This document shows, piece after piece, positions 1-9,646 of a DNA stretch of 64,000 nt (the stretch's first letter is position 1; every line of letters begins with the position of its first letter). Origin of the DNA: a virus; IMG/VR virus record IMGVR_UViG_3300037851_000553, positions 1 through 64,000 of that record, one strand, 5' to 3'. The notes below the pieces were generated by a model. The model ran no database searches and was not told the origin of the DNA. It saw only the letters and a list, made by a program, of their open reading frames with translations. Both the position numbers and the translations under genes were made by a program.

Positions 1-2
1 TT

Positions 3-281
3 GGTGCTGAGTGGTGCAATCCGTGTAGAAAAATGAAAAGTGAAACATGGAGCAATGAAGATCTAAAAAATTTTATGAAAGATAGGGGTATACAGATCAA
101 TTATTTTGATTACGACACTCCAGAACACAGAAAATACTTTTCATATTATGGAATAAAATCTTTTCCTACGGTTTTGTTTGTTGATCGCAACGATCTTAAT
201 AATCCGAAAGAAATACTTTCTGGATTTACTGATTCAGCTTCAATGTTATCTAATCTTAAAGAAGAATTAAATGAACAATAA
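3..281 (+). CDS. thioredoxin-fold protein, 5' end cut by window edge
   Basis: Frame is open from nt 3 and reads GAEWCNPCRKM (WCxPC redox motif). FPTVLFV cis-Pro loop follows. Lies upstream of nrdAB. Confidence 0.8.
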   Translation, partial: GAEWCNPCRKMKSETWSNEDLKNFMKDRGIQINYFDYDTPEHRKYFSYYGIKSFPTVLFVDRNDLNNPKEILSGFTDSASMLSNLKEELNEQ

Positions 282-621
282 CTCTCTGAAAGAAATTGCT
301 AACAGGGTTGGGGTTTATGCGAATGCAGAGAACGAAAAATTTACAATTGACCCTTTTACCATACTAGCAATCATCAATATGATATTGACACTCATTCGTA
401 TAATCTATGAGTGTAGAAACAATAGAGATTCTGCAAAAAAAATTATCAAGTCACCCGGACCTATATCAAAGTTTTTTTTACGCAGACAAGTAAACAGGAA
501 TTTTTCAGGAGAAGAACGAAAAGCCGTGTACAACGCAATGTTAACGGTTTCTGGTCAATTATCAGATATAGAAATTGACAACCTATTGGACCTTTTTGAT
601 GAATTGGAGGAAAATAAATGA
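271..621 (+). CDS. hypothetical protein
   Basis: 116 aa ORF overlapping the previous stop. Hydrophobic helix ILAIINMILTLIRIIY. No recognised motif. Confidence 0.4.
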   Translation: MNNNSLKEIANRVGVYANAENEKFTIDPFTILAIINMILTLIRIIYECRNNRDSAKKIIKSPGPISKFFLRRQVNRNFSGEERKAVYNAMLTVSGQLSDIEIDNLLDLFDELEENK

Positions 622-884
622 GCACATTTCAACTTGTAATGTTGGGCTTGGGAGTGCTTCTTGGGGTTGGTGCATTTTGGGATACCATCAAGTCTTGGAA
701 GTCAAAACAATCCGTCGATGTGGAAAATCACAAACACGACTCAGACAAAGACTCTTTGTGTGATGTTATTATTTGTTGGGAGAATCTTAATAAAGAATTA
801 AAAAGCAGGGGCTTGAAAAAGGCTTCTGATGAGCTACAAAAGATTTTTCCGCTTCTAGTAGTAAAAGATTCGGAGCTTAAATAA
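618..884 (+). CDS. hypothetical small membrane protein
   Basis: ATGA overlap with the upstream ORF. N-terminal TM segment LVMLGLGVLLGVGAFW. Confidence 0.45.
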   Translation: MSTFQLVMLGLGVLLGVGAFWDTIKSWKSKQSVDVENHKHDSDKDSLCDVIICWENLNKELKSRGLKKASDELQKIFPLLVVKDSELK

Positions 885-1360
885 TGAATAAAAATGTTCA
901 ATTTTTGTTGGCTATAGTTCTTGTGGTGGCTGGTTTGTTTGGAAAACAAGCGTTAGAACTTTTAAATAGTGTTGACGTTGTTCTTCCAAATCCAGTTCCG
1001 GTTGTTGTTGTGGATGAACCAACCGATACGTATAAAAACATGGTGAAGGATATTGTTAGTATCGACATAAAAAAAGATCACGCAAAACTTATTTCTGATT
1101 TCTTCTTGGAAGTTGCGTCTGTTATTGAAGATGATCCTGGCTTCCTAAAAACAACTGAGCAGTTTCGTAATTTTAATACCATGGCTGGACAATTGAACTT
1201 TTCTGGAACAGATATGAAGGGTCTATATCCAAACCTTGGACAAAAAATAGACGATGCATTTATGATGGCTGTTGGTAAAGAGAATTCTAAATTAGAGGGC
1301 GAAAAAAGAGCGGGTCTTGTGTCTGTTCTTAAGGCTATAGCCTGGGGTGTAAATCAATGA
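884..1360 (+). CDS. hypothetical membrane-anchored protein
   Basis: Coupled start. N-terminal TM FLLAIVLVVAGLF followed by a soluble domain. Confidence 0.5.
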   Translation: MNKNVQFLLAIVLVVAGLFGKQALELLNSVDVVLPNPVPVVVVDEPTDTYKNMVKDIVSIDIKKDHAKLISDFFLEVASVIEDDPGFLKTTEQFRNFNTMAGQLNFSGTDMKGLYPNLGQKIDDAFMMAVGKENSKLEGEKRAGLVSVLKAIAWGVNQ

Positions 1361-1539
1361 TCAACCGAATAATTGATGCCATAATTAAGCACTATGGGAT
1401 CAAGGAAGATCAGGTTGAAAAAATAAAATCTATCATTGATATGGTTGAATTCAAAGAAGAAAACGACCAGAAGTTTCTTTTTATTCGTCTTGGTGATGGT
1501 GTTGAGTTAAAAATAAAACAAGACGTTAAGGAAGATTGA
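1357..1539 (+). CDS. hypothetical protein
   Basis: 60 aa ORF, ATGA-coupled to the upstream gene. Confidence 0.35.
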   Translation: MINRIIDAIIKHYGIKEDQVEKIKSIIDMVEFKEENDQKFLFIRLGDGVELKIKQDVKED

Positions 1540-1585
1540 ATTATGTTTAAGCACGGCGGTTTAAAATAAATAAAGTTTAAATTTA

Positions 1586-1626
1586 AAGTCCTTTCGTTAC
1601 ATTTGTACGCGAGAGGACTTTTTTTA
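1586..1626 (+). terminator. rho-independent terminator
   Basis: 11 bp stem AAGTCCTTTCG / CGAGAGGACTT (one G-U pair), 13 nt loop, then a T-run at 1619-1625. Confidence 0.6.
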
Positions 1627-1636
1627 TACTTTTAGG

Positions 1637-1665
1637 TTGACATTAAGGTGTTTTTAGGATATTAT
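1637..1665 (+). promoter_or_regulatory. sigma70-type promoter upstream of nrdA
   Basis: TTGACA (1637-1642), 17 nt spacer, TATTAT (1660-1665). The spacer ends in TTTAGGA, like the two other promoters called below. Confidence 0.55.
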
Positions 1666-1722
1666 ATGGTATCTGTTTAGTGCAGTTAAAGATAAGGAGT
1701 GTTATTCTATGAGGGAAGTTAG

Positions 1723-3975
1723 ATGCAGGTAACAAAAAGAACGGGTAGTACAGAAAATTTTTCAGTAGAAAAGATACACAAGGTTGTAGAGTGGGCAACA
1801 AGCGGAATCAACGGCGTCAATCTGTCTGACATTGAAATGAACGCCAATCTTTCTATTTATGATAAAATTCCGACAAAAGAAATTCACAAAATTCTAATAA
1901 AAAGTGCCAACGATCTTATATCTACATCTTCACCAAACTATCAATATGTTGCTGCTAGACTTTTAAATATGGAATTGAGAAAAGAGGTTTGGGGCTGTGG
2001 CAATAAACCAACAGATTTTTTGTTGTTTTTAGAAAGAAATGTAGATAACGGAATCTATGATTCTAATTTTTTAGACAAGTGGATTGATAAAAGCACTCCT
2101 AACGACCCATATCACAAGATAAATCATCTTGGAAAGTATATAAATCATTCTCGTGATGATTTGTTTACATATGCTGGTTTGCAACAATTGATTGATAAAT
2201 ATCTTGTAAAAAATAGAAGCACAGGGGCGATATATGAAACGCCTCAGTTTGCTTATATGTGTATTGCTATGTGTTTGTTTGACAGCGTTGATAGTGTTAA
2301 GTCTGCTTATGATTGTTATTCTACCTTTAAAATCAATCTACCCACACCCATCATGGCCGGTGTTAGAACAAACATTAGACAATTTGCGTCTTGTGTTTTA
2401 GTTGATATCGGTGATAACTTGGATGCTATTTTCAGTTCCATACACGCTGTCGGAAAATACACGGCTAGACGGGCTGGAATAGGAATCAATATTGGCAGGA
2501 TGCGACCAATCAATTCGCCAATCAGGGGTGGTGAAGTTATTCACACGGGCTTGATTCCGTATCTAAAAAACTTTGAGAGTGCGGTAAAGTCTACAAGTCA
2601 AAACGGTTTGCGTGGCGGTTCTGCAACCGTCCATATTCCGTTCTGGCACTATGAGATTGAAGATATCATGGTACTAAAAAATAATGCTGGTACTGATGAT
2701 AACCGTGTTCGCAAACTAGACTATAGTGTTCAATTCTGCAAACTGTTTTATGACCGTTTGATTGCAAACGAAGATGTTACTTTATTTAGTCCGCACGAGG
2801 CCAAGGGTTTATATGAATCGTTTGGCAACAACGAAAAGTTTGAAGAATTGTATTTAAAATATGAAAATGTTCGCTCTATGAAATTTAGAAAGAAAGTTCC
2901 TGCTCGCAAAATAGCAGAAATTTTTGCCCGCGAAAGATTAGAAACTGGCCGCATTTACAGTATGAATATTGATAATGCCAACGAGCATGGATCGTGGAAT
3001 GTTCCAGTTTATATGTCTAATTTGTGCCAAGAAATTATTCATCCAACAAAACCAATTCAATCAATTGATGACAAGAACGGTGAAATTGGCATATGTATTT
3101 TGTCGGCATTAAATTTACTAGAATTGAACAACGAAAAGGACATTGAAAATGCTTGTCGTATAGCTGTTCGCACACTAGAATCTGTTATTGATTATCAAGA
3201 TTATCCAGTGGTTGCCGGTGAAAACTTTACAAAAAATCGACGCTCCCTGGGTATTGGTATTACAAATTTGGCCGGTTTTTTGGCAAAACACAAACTAAAG
3301 TATGGAGAACCAGCGGCCCTACAATTGATTCATGAAATAATGGAACAAATTCAATGGAATCTCATTAGTTCAAGTTGTGAATTGGCACAAGAAAAGGGTC
3401 CGTGTGCTAAATTTTCAGAAACAAAATATGCTGACGGACTACTTCCGATTGATTGGTACAAAAAGAGTGTTGATAAATTAGTTGAACCAGTATATAATAT
3501 GAACTGGGAAGAACTCAGAGAACGCGTCAAAAAATATGGCCTGCGACACTCTACGCTATCAGCTATCATGCCCTGCGAATCGTCTAGTGTTATTCAAAAT
3601 AGTACGAATGGCATAGAGCCTGTTCGTAGCCTTTTGATGCACAAGAAAGCTAAAAACGGTGTTCTAAAACAGCTTGTGCCAAATTTCCATATGCGTAAAA
3701 ATTTTTATACTTTGGCTTGGGAAATGCGTAGCAACAAAGCTATATTAGATACATCGGCCGTAATTCAAAAGTTTACAGATATGAGCATCAGTACAAACTT
3801 GTACTACAATTATGCTCATTATGAGGACGGTAATATACCGTTAAGTATTCTGATAAAAGATCAAATTTATGGCTATTCTTTGGGCTTAAAGAATTTCTAT
3901 TACGCCAACACGCCAGATGGTGACGGTGAAACAGAAAAAGACATGAACTGTGAATCTGGGGCGTGTGCTATATGA
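1723..3975 (+). CDS. nrdA: ribonucleoside-diphosphate reductase class Ia alpha subunit
   Basis: 750 aa, collinear with E. coli NrdA as I remember it. ATP-cone start VTKRTGSTE, LPTPIMAGVRT, SNLCQEI, C-terminal CESGACAI redox tail. Confidence 0.97.
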   Translation: MQVTKRTGSTENFSVEKIHKVVEWATSGINGVNLSDIEMNANLSIYDKIPTKEIHKILIKSANDLISTSSPNYQYVAARLLNMELRKEVWGCGNKPTDFLLFLERNVDNGIYDSNFLDKWIDKSTPNDPYHKINHLGKYINHSRDDLFTYAGLQQLIDKYLVKNRSTGAIYETPQFAYMCIAMCLFDSVDSVKSAYDCYSTFKINLPTPIMAGVRTNIRQFASCVLVDIGDNLDAIFSSIHAVGKYTARRAGIGINIGRMRPINSPIRGGEVIHTGLIPYLKNFESAVKSTSQNGLRGGSATVHIPFWHYEIEDIMVLKNNAGTDDNRVRKLDYSVQFCKLFYDRLIANEDVTLFSPHEAKGLYESFGNNEKFEELYLKYENVRSMKFRKKVPARKIAEIFARERLETGRIYSMNIDNANEHGSWNVPVYMSNLCQEIIHPTKPIQSIDDKNGEIGICILSALNLLELNNEKDIENACRIAVRTLESVIDYQDYPVVAGENFTKNRRSLGIGITNLAGFLAKHKLKYGEPAALQLIHEIMEQIQWNLISSSCELAQEKGPCAKFSETKYADGLLPIDWYKKSVDKLVEPVYNMNWEELRERVKKYGLRHSTLSAIMPCESSSVIQNSTNGIEPVRSLLMHKKAKNGVLKQLVPNFHMRKNFYTLAWEMRSNKAILDTSAVIQKFTDMSISTNLYYNYAHYEDGNIPLSILIKDQIYGYSLGLKNFYYANTPDGDGETEKDMNCESGACAI

Positions 3976-4036
3976 CACGTTTAGTTCCGACCGCCACAAC
4001 GACTTGTTTACCACTTACCTAAGACCACGTTAAATA

Positions 4037-5122
4037 TTGTACAGAAAAATGAAAACAATTTTCAATCTAAAAAATGTTGACCCAATGACCCAGCCGCTTT
4101 TTCTCGGAAAAGATTTGGGGGTACAACGATATGATGTTCTCAAGTATCCTGTTTTTAAGGAACTTGACAGCAAACAAATGATGAACTTTTGGCGTCCAGA
4201 AGAAATCGAACTCAAGAAAGATAGGGGCGATTTCAAAGAAATGTCAGATAATGAAAAGTTCATATTCACATCAAACCTAAAGTATCAAACAATGCTCGAC
4301 AGCGTTATTTGCCGTGGAGTACCTACGCTTTTAGAGTTTGTTACCAATACTGAACTGGAAGCGTGTTTGATGACATGGCAATTCTTTGAAAAAATCCACT
4401 CTCAAAGTTATTCCTATATAATACAAAATGTTTATGCCGATTCAAAAGAGGTTTTTGAAGGAATTTATGAAGATCAGGAAATAATCAAGCGTGCAAGAAA
4501 CGCTATTGAAGATTATAATAACCTGATGGGTATGCATTGTGATTCTAATAGTATAGAAGATTTGAAACGTCAAATCTATATGACCATCATAAGTATTAAT
4601 ATTTTAGAAGCTGTTAGATTCTATGTAAGTTTTGTTTGCAGTTTTGCTTTTGCCGAAAATAAAAAGATGGTTGGCAATGCAGATATTATAAAATTAATCA
4701 AACGAGACGAGGCTTTACACCTAACTAATACTCAAGAAATTCTTAAAATTCTTCAAAAAGAAGAAAGCGAGGGTTTTACTAAAATTGCAGAACAATGCCG
4801 CGACGACGCGGTGGAAATGTTTGTTAGGGCCGCACAAGAGGAAAAGGAGTGGGCATCATATCTATTTAAAGATGGGTCTATCATCGGTTTAAATGAGCAA
4901 GTTCTTCACCGATATATTGACTGGTTGTGCATGACACGAAGAAAGACTCTGGGTCTACCATACGAGCACACAGGAAAAAATCCTATTGCCGGATGGACAG
5001 AACATTGGATGAAAAGTAGTTCTGTACAAGTTGCTCCACAAGAACATGAAATAACAAGCTATAAAATTGGGGCTAGTAAAAACGATCTTGACAATATGGA
5101 CTTTGGAGATATGAAGCTATGA
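4037..5122 (+). CDS. nrdB: ribonucleoside-diphosphate reductase class Ia beta subunit
   Basis: FWRPEE, SNLKYQTMLDS, EAVRFYVSFVCSFAFAE, RDEALH, VQVAPQE. Collinear with E. coli NrdB. An alternative ATG lies at 4049. Confidence 0.95.
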   Translation: MYRKMKTIFNLKNVDPMTQPLFLGKDLGVQRYDVLKYPVFKELDSKQMMNFWRPEEIELKKDRGDFKEMSDNEKFIFTSNLKYQTMLDSVICRGVPTLLEFVTNTELEACLMTWQFFEKIHSQSYSYIIQNVYADSKEVFEGIYEDQEIIKRARNAIEDYNNLMGMHCDSNSIEDLKRQIYMTIISINILEAVRFYVSFVCSFAFAENKKMVGNADIIKLIKRDEALHLTNTQEILKILQKEESEGFTKIAEQCRDDAVEMFVRAAQEEKEWASYLFKDGSIIGLNEQVLHRYIDWLCMTRRKTLGLPYEHTGKNPIAGWTEHWMKSSSVQVAPQEHEITSYKIGASKNDLDNMDFGDMKL

Positions 5123-5523
5123 AAAATAACAACGATTGTTATCATGATCAACTAGCTAGAATGAAGATGCTGGAAGAACTAAATAATACATCCACGGATT
5201 TTGAATCTGATATTTATAGTCCAACAGAAAGTTATTTTATTGATAAGATTAGAAGATGGCATCACGATAGAAATCTTATCAAAGGTTCTTCGGATAAGGA
5301 TCAGTTTTGTAAGTTAATGCAAGAAGCCGGAGAATTGTCTGACAGTATTTGTAAAGGAAAAAGCGTTGCTGACGATATTGGTGATATGATTGTTGTCTTA
5401 ATTAATATAGCAGAGCGTAATAATTTAACACTAACCCAATGTTTAGAGCAGGCGTGGAATGAAATTAAAGATAGAAGGGGTAGGATGGTTGACGGCGTTT
5501 TCGTCAAGGAGTCTGATACATAA
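5119..5523 (+). CDS. mazG: MazG-like nucleotide pyrophosphohydrolase
   Basis: QEAGELSD and DDIGDMIVVLINIAERNNL helices typical of the MazG/NTP-PPase fold. ATGA-coupled to nrdB. Confidence 0.8.
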   Translation: MKNNNDCYHDQLARMKMLEELNNTSTDFESDIYSPTESYFIDKIRRWHHDRNLIKGSSDKDQFCKLMQEAGELSDSICKGKSVADDIGDMIVVLINIAERNNLTLTQCLEQAWNEIKDRRGRMVDGVFVKESDT

Positions 5524-5550
5524 TATTCTTTCTACCATACAAGGTTTTAT

Positions 5551-6213
5551 ATGAGAAAAACTAGAAACGCTAAAGACGCTGAAAAAAGCAAACTTGTTCC
5601 ACTAGAAGCAAAAACGCACAACCAAAAAGAATATATTCGTGCAATTATTGAAAACGATGTTATAATTTGTTCTGGACCTTCTGGTTCTGGTAAATCTTTT
5701 ATTGCTGCCGGTGTAGCTGCTCATAAATTGTATCGCGGCGAAATAGATAATATTATTGTTACTCGTCCTCTAGTGTGTACCGGTAAAGATCTTGGTTCGT
5801 TGCCAGGAGAAATAAACGAAAAAATTGCCCCATACTTATTGCCAATGAAAGAGAATTTAAAGTTCTTTTTAACGCAAGCGTATTATGGTCATTTTGAAAA
5901 CAACGGTGATATTCAGTATCGCCCACTAGAAGTGATGCGTGGTTCCACCTTTCATAACTCTTATATGATACTGGATGAAGCACAGAACTGTACAGTAGAT
6001 CAAATAAAAATGTTCATATCTAGAATGGGACAAAATTCAAAGGTTTTGATAAATGGAGACGTTCAACAGAACGATCTTCATGGTAGAAGCGGTTTAGAAC
6101 TTGTTATGAACAAACTTTCTAGGGTTCAGGGTTGTGCTGTTTGTCGCCTAAATTATGAAGATATCCAACGTCACGACTTGATTGGAAAAATATTAAACGC
6201 ACTGGAGAATTAA
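5551..6213 (+). CDS. phoH: PhoH-like ATPase
   Basis: Walker A GPSGSGKSF, Walker B ILDEAQN, typical PhoH length. Confidence 0.9.
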   Translation: MRKTRNAKDAEKSKLVPLEAKTHNQKEYIRAIIENDVIICSGPSGSGKSFIAAGVAAHKLYRGEIDNIIVTRPLVCTGKDLGSLPGEINEKIAPYLLPMKENLKFFLTQAYYGHFENNGDIQYRPLEVMRGSTFHNSYMILDEAQNCTVDQIKMFISRMGQNSKVLINGDVQQNDLHGRSGLELVMNKLSRVQGCAVCRLNYEDIQRHDLIGKILNALEN

Positions 6214-6218
6214 CGAAG

Positions 6219-6584
6219 ATGCCAACCTATGATTATGAATGTTCAAACTGTGAACATTTGGTACCAGATATTTATCAAAAGATTGATGATAAGCCGCTAA
6301 AAAAATGCCCATCGTGCGGAAAAAACAAATTATTTAAAGTGGTTACTGGAGGTTTGCACGCATCTGTTAAGAATATTAAAACGGTTGGTCAGTTAGCCGA
6401 CGCGAACGCAAAGAAAAATAAAAATAAACTTAACGAAATTGCTTCTAAAAAGAAAGAAGAAACACAACAGGAACCTAAGCCATGGTATCATGACCCTAAA
6501 TATGGTGAAAACGCCAGCAACAAAGAAATTAATAAAATGACAAAAGAACAAAAAATTAGATATGTAATGGAGGGGAAAAAGTGA
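6219..6584 (+). CDS. FmdB-type CxxC zinc-ribbon protein
   Basis: N-terminus MPTYDYECSNCEH ... CPSCG, followed by a lysine-rich tail. Confidence 0.6.
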   Translation: MPTYDYECSNCEHLVPDIYQKIDDKPLKKCPSCGKNKLFKVVTGGLHASVKNIKTVGQLADANAKKNKNKLNEIASKKKEETQQEPKPWYHDPKYGENASNKEINKMTKEQKIRYVMEGKK

Positions 6585-6943
6585 CAAACGAAAGAAAAAT
6601 AAAGTATATAGACAAAGACTCTTTCTTAGAAAAAAACACTAAAGAAATTTTATTTGACCGCACGGGCACACCACTTGACGCCGAAAGCAAACACAGAGTT
6701 CCTCATTACGCAAAAAGCATTGAAAGTATAAGTGGAGACAGTGGAACAAATTTAACCTATTATATTCGTATTTATCAGGGTACTCCGCTAGATCCAATGG
6801 GTCCGTATGCACGTAGAGAAAGAAATCTTGACACAAAACTACAGCGTGTTTCAAAAAATACGTTTGATCTTTATTTGACATATTTAAAAACCAATAATTC
6901 TATTTATTTAACAAAAGCACAGAGGGGTTTATTAAATGACTAA
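6581..6943 (+). CDS. hypothetical protein
   Basis: 120 aa ORF with a coupled start (GTG). Confidence 0.4.
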   Translation: MTNERKIKYIDKDSFLEKNTKEILFDRTGTPLDAESKHRVPHYAKSIESISGDSGTNLTYYIRIYQGTPLDPMGPYARRERNLDTKLQRVSKNTFDLYLTYLKTNNSIYLTKAQRGLLND

Positions 6944-7271
6944 AAAGGGACCACTAAGCAAAGCCGAAAAGTTTTACATTAAAAGTCATCCAGATCTAGA
7001 TATAGAACAACTTTGCAAAGATCTAGATCGTGCAAAGGCAACTGTAAATGAATTTATTAAAACGTTGCCAAAGATACCAAACACTTCAAAGCCACAGCCG
7101 GTGGAAAAAAAAGAAACCCCCTTATCAAAACAGTTTGCTAGAAATGATAAGGGTGGTGCAACCATAATGACACCAAACGCTTCTATTATGTCAGATGATA
7201 AGCGGTCAGAATTTCGCGGTGGAACCACAAAAAGATCGGAGCGTTGTATTACTAAAATACATAGGGATTAA
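6936..7271 (+). CDS. hypothetical protein, possible HTH
   Basis: 111 aa. The segment DIEQLCKDLDRAKATVNEFIK looks helix-turn-helix-like. Confidence 0.4.
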   Translation: MTKKGPLSKAEKFYIKSHPDLDIEQLCKDLDRAKATVNEFIKTLPKIPNTSKPQPVEKKETPLSKQFARNDKGGATIMTPNASIMSDDKRSEFRGGTTKRSERCITKIHRD

Positions 7272-7272
7272 T

Positions 7273-7719
7273 ATGGACAATCAAAAATGGGCAGACTTTT
7301 ATCGTAGTGATCGTTCGAACACCAAACATGTGTTCATTAAAGTAATGACCACGGATGGCGAACACTTCTTTTTTCACGACTATAATAAATGGTTTGAAAT
7401 AAAAGAATATTGCGAAAAAAATTCTGTCTTTATTAAAGATTTACATTTGCAATTTAGGTCCAACCGATGTATTATAGATATAGAGAATTCTGATGCGGTC
7501 TATCTTGTTCGTGCCGTTCTTGGTGCTTTAGGACAAGAAACAAGACACTATTTTACTGTTGGCACTTTACGTAATGGTAAAATGTTAAAACAAATGTACG
7601 TCGTTCCAGAGCTAGTAAAAGAAAAAGAGTATGAAGATGCTTTAAACAACTGTTTTGATGAGGCTTTGATATACGATGAAAAAAAGAAAACGAACAGAAA
7701 AAAGCAAGTACAAACATGA
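7273..7719 (+). CDS. hypothetical protein
   Basis: I chose the internal ATG at 7273, directly after the upstream stop (7269-7271). The track ORF starts at 7195. Confidence 0.45.
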   Translation: MDNQKWADFYRSDRSNTKHVFIKVMTTDGEHFFFHDYNKWFEIKEYCEKNSVFIKDLHLQFRSNRCIIDIENSDAVYLVRAVLGALGQETRHYFTVGTLRNGKMLKQMYVVPELVKEKEYEDALNNCFDEALIYDEKKKTNRKKQVQT

Positions 7720-8140
7720 GTCAACCGGAGATTATTGTACTTGTGCTGCATACGTTGCTGAAATTATGTGTCGTAAAAACGCTGAAAATAAAAACGAGGG
7801 TTCACTTCCATATAAATTCTGGAATAAAAAACCTTGGGACTGGACATTCAAACGTCAACTTTACGCAGCCAATAAACTTATAAAAGAATTTGGCGAACAC
7901 GCGGTGGTTAAGGCGATAAATTCAGACGAATTTAATGGTATATTTTCTTTAAATCACCCAAAAGCAAAATCTATTATAAAGAAATATCACATTATAGTTT
8001 CTGAACAAGAATCAAAGCCGAAACAAAAAATTGACTATGTAGAGGACGCAAAAACTAGAAGCAATTCTTATAGTTCTAAAAAAAGCATACTACAAAGACT
8101 GAGGAAAATTGAGAATGCCGAAGAAAAAGAGTTCGAATAA
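7676..8140 (+). CDS. hypothetical basic protein
   Basis: 154 aa ORF with ordinary protein-like composition. Overlaps the upstream gene by 44 nt. Confidence 0.45.
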   Translation: MKKRKRTEKSKYKHESTGDYCTCAAYVAEIMCRKNAENKNEGSLPYKFWNKKPWDWTFKRQLYAANKLIKEFGEHAVVKAINSDEFNGIFSLNHPKAKSIIKKYHIIVSEQESKPKQKIDYVEDAKTRSNSYSSKKSILQRLRKIENAEEKEFE

Positions 8141-9233
8141 ACCAGAATCAACGGGCGATTTATTGGTTGATGGTATCAATAAAAAATATGGTGCTATTAT
8201 TGAGTCTGGAAGCAGAGTTTTAGAAACGTTGGAAACTTATGATGTTATCAGCATTTCGCCAGCACTTGATATAGCTTTGGGCGGCGGTATCAGAGAGGGT
8301 CAATGTGTTGGTATGACCGGCGATCCAAAAACCGGAAAAACGACCACAGCACTTTATTTTGCGGCAAAGGCTCAAAAACTTGGCAAGCGTGTTTTTTATA
8401 TCAATACCGAGGGGCGTCTTACAAAAGAAAATTTTAAAGGAATAAAAGGTCTTGATATTGAAGCAATTCAAATCGTGCAAGCAACAGACGAAGAACCAAA
8501 AGTTTCTGCTGAAAAATACCTAAACACCCTTGAAACACTTATTAAACAAGAGCCTGGAATTGTCTGTATTGTTGATTCTGCCTCTAATATGGTTCCAGAA
8601 GAAGAACTAGACGGAGAAATAAGAACCGGGGTTCGAAACGCACTACCAAGATTGTTGTCAATGTTCTTTAAAAGAATAAGTGGCGATGTTTCAAGGATGA
8701 GGTCTATAGTTATTTTTATAACACATAATATTGCAAACACAAGCGGCAGCCGTTATGCACCATCCAAAATGTCAGATTGCGGAAACATGTTGCAATATCA
8801 AGTTAGTACAAACATGGTAATAACGCACCGTGGAAAGTGGGAAGTTCCAAAAGAATCTGGAAATCATGTTGGTCAAGTTGCTAATTGGAAAATTTTAACC
8901 TCTGCTGCTGGTGGACGCCCAAATAGCCTTGCAGAAAGCTGGATTAGATATGGGATTGGTATAGATGAAGCACAAGAAATTTGTCATATAGCAACTCAAT
9001 TTGCGTTAATTTCACCAAAAGGTGCTTGGTATACTATTTCGTCTTTTGTAGACAACAAAGACGATCCAACAATTCAGGCATATCTTCGAAAGAACGAGAT
9101 AGATCCAAACAATCAAGAAGAAGTTGAACGTGCTTTTAAGTTCAATGGAATGGATAATCTATCTTCATTTATTACGGAAAACGAAGAGTTACAACAGTTT
9201 TTGGTTCAACAGGTAAAAGATCTTTTACTATGA
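8115..9233 (+). CDS. RecA/UvsX-like recombinase ATPase
   Basis: Walker A GDPKTGKTT. Walker B region IVCIVDSASNMVPEEELDGE resembles RecA VVDSVAAL..EGE. ATG at 8115 is preceded by GAGGAAAA. Confidence 0.8.
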   Translation: MPKKKSSNKPESTGDLLVDGINKKYGAIIESGSRVLETLETYDVISISPALDIALGGGIREGQCVGMTGDPKTGKTTTALYFAAKAQKLGKRVFYINTEGRLTKENFKGIKGLDIEAIQIVQATDEEPKVSAEKYLNTLETLIKQEPGIVCIVDSASNMVPEEELDGEIRTGVRNALPRLLSMFFKRISGDVSRMRSIVIFITHNIANTSGSRYAPSKMSDCGNMLQYQVSTNMVITHRGKWEVPKESGNHVGQVANWKILTSAAGGRPNSLAESWIRYGIGIDEAQEICHIATQFALISPKGAWYTISSFVDNKDDPTIQAYLRKNEIDPNNQEEVERAFKFNGMDNLSSFITENEELQQFLVQQVKDLLL

Positions 9234-9646
9234 AGGTGCTTGGTCTTAACGGTAAAGAATACAATTTAGACTTAAAAAGATATTCAAAGGAACGTTCAAA
9301 TTGTTCTAAGTATCATGTTCGTGCAAGACAGGTCTTATTAGAAAAATTCAATGGATATTCTGTCTACGAAGAAGTGAAGTTGCCAGGAACGGTAAATCCA
9401 GCAAAAAAATCCGTTTTGTATCTTGACTTTTTTATTCCAAATGCTAAACTGGGGGTTGAGGTTCACGGCGAACAACACTATAAATTTATACCATATTTTC
9501 ATAAAACAAAAGCTGGTTGGTTATATTCTCAGATGCGTGATAGACAAAAGCTACAATGGTGCGAATTAAACAACTTAGAATTGATTGTTTTTAGATTTGA
9601 TACGTCCGAAGATTTTTGGAGAAAACAAATTGAGCATTGCTGCTGA
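9230..9646 (+). CDS. DUF559/Vsr-like (PD-(D/E)XK) endonuclease, possible free-standing homing endonuclease
   Basis: LYLDFFIPNAKLGVEVHGEQHY matches the DF....lvIEvDG.qH signature I associate with DUF559/Vsr-fold nucleases. Confidence 0.5.
   Translation: MKVLGLNGKEYNLDLKRYSKERSNCSKYHVRARQVLLEKFNGYSVYEEVKLPGTVNPAKKSVLYLDFFIPNAKLGVEVHGEQHYKFIPYFHKTKAGWLYSQMRDRQKLQWCELNNLELIVFRFDTSEDFWRKQIEHCC

Noticed and set aside
1709-1732. Seven-codon uORF (MREVRCR*) overlapping the nrdA start, preceded by AAGGAG
   Set aside because: It could be a leader peptide. However, nrdA has its own GAGGGA spacing, and I see no attenuator or riboswitch-like structure, so it is not supportable as a regulatory element.
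7680-7686. A_AAA_AAG heptamer (the dnaX-type -1 slippery site) in the overlap between 7273-7719 and 7676-8140
   Set aside because: A -1 shift would enter the third frame, not the frame of the 7676 ORF, which is +1 relative to the upstream gene. The run is also simply part of a Lys-rich, A-rich tail. The 7676 ORF has its own ATG.
7718-8159. Repeated peptide ESTGD near the N-termini of two adjacent proteins (7718-7732 and 8145-8159), with ~13 of 16 nt identity
   Set aside because: It is too short to distinguish from chance, and there is no further similarity between the two proteins.
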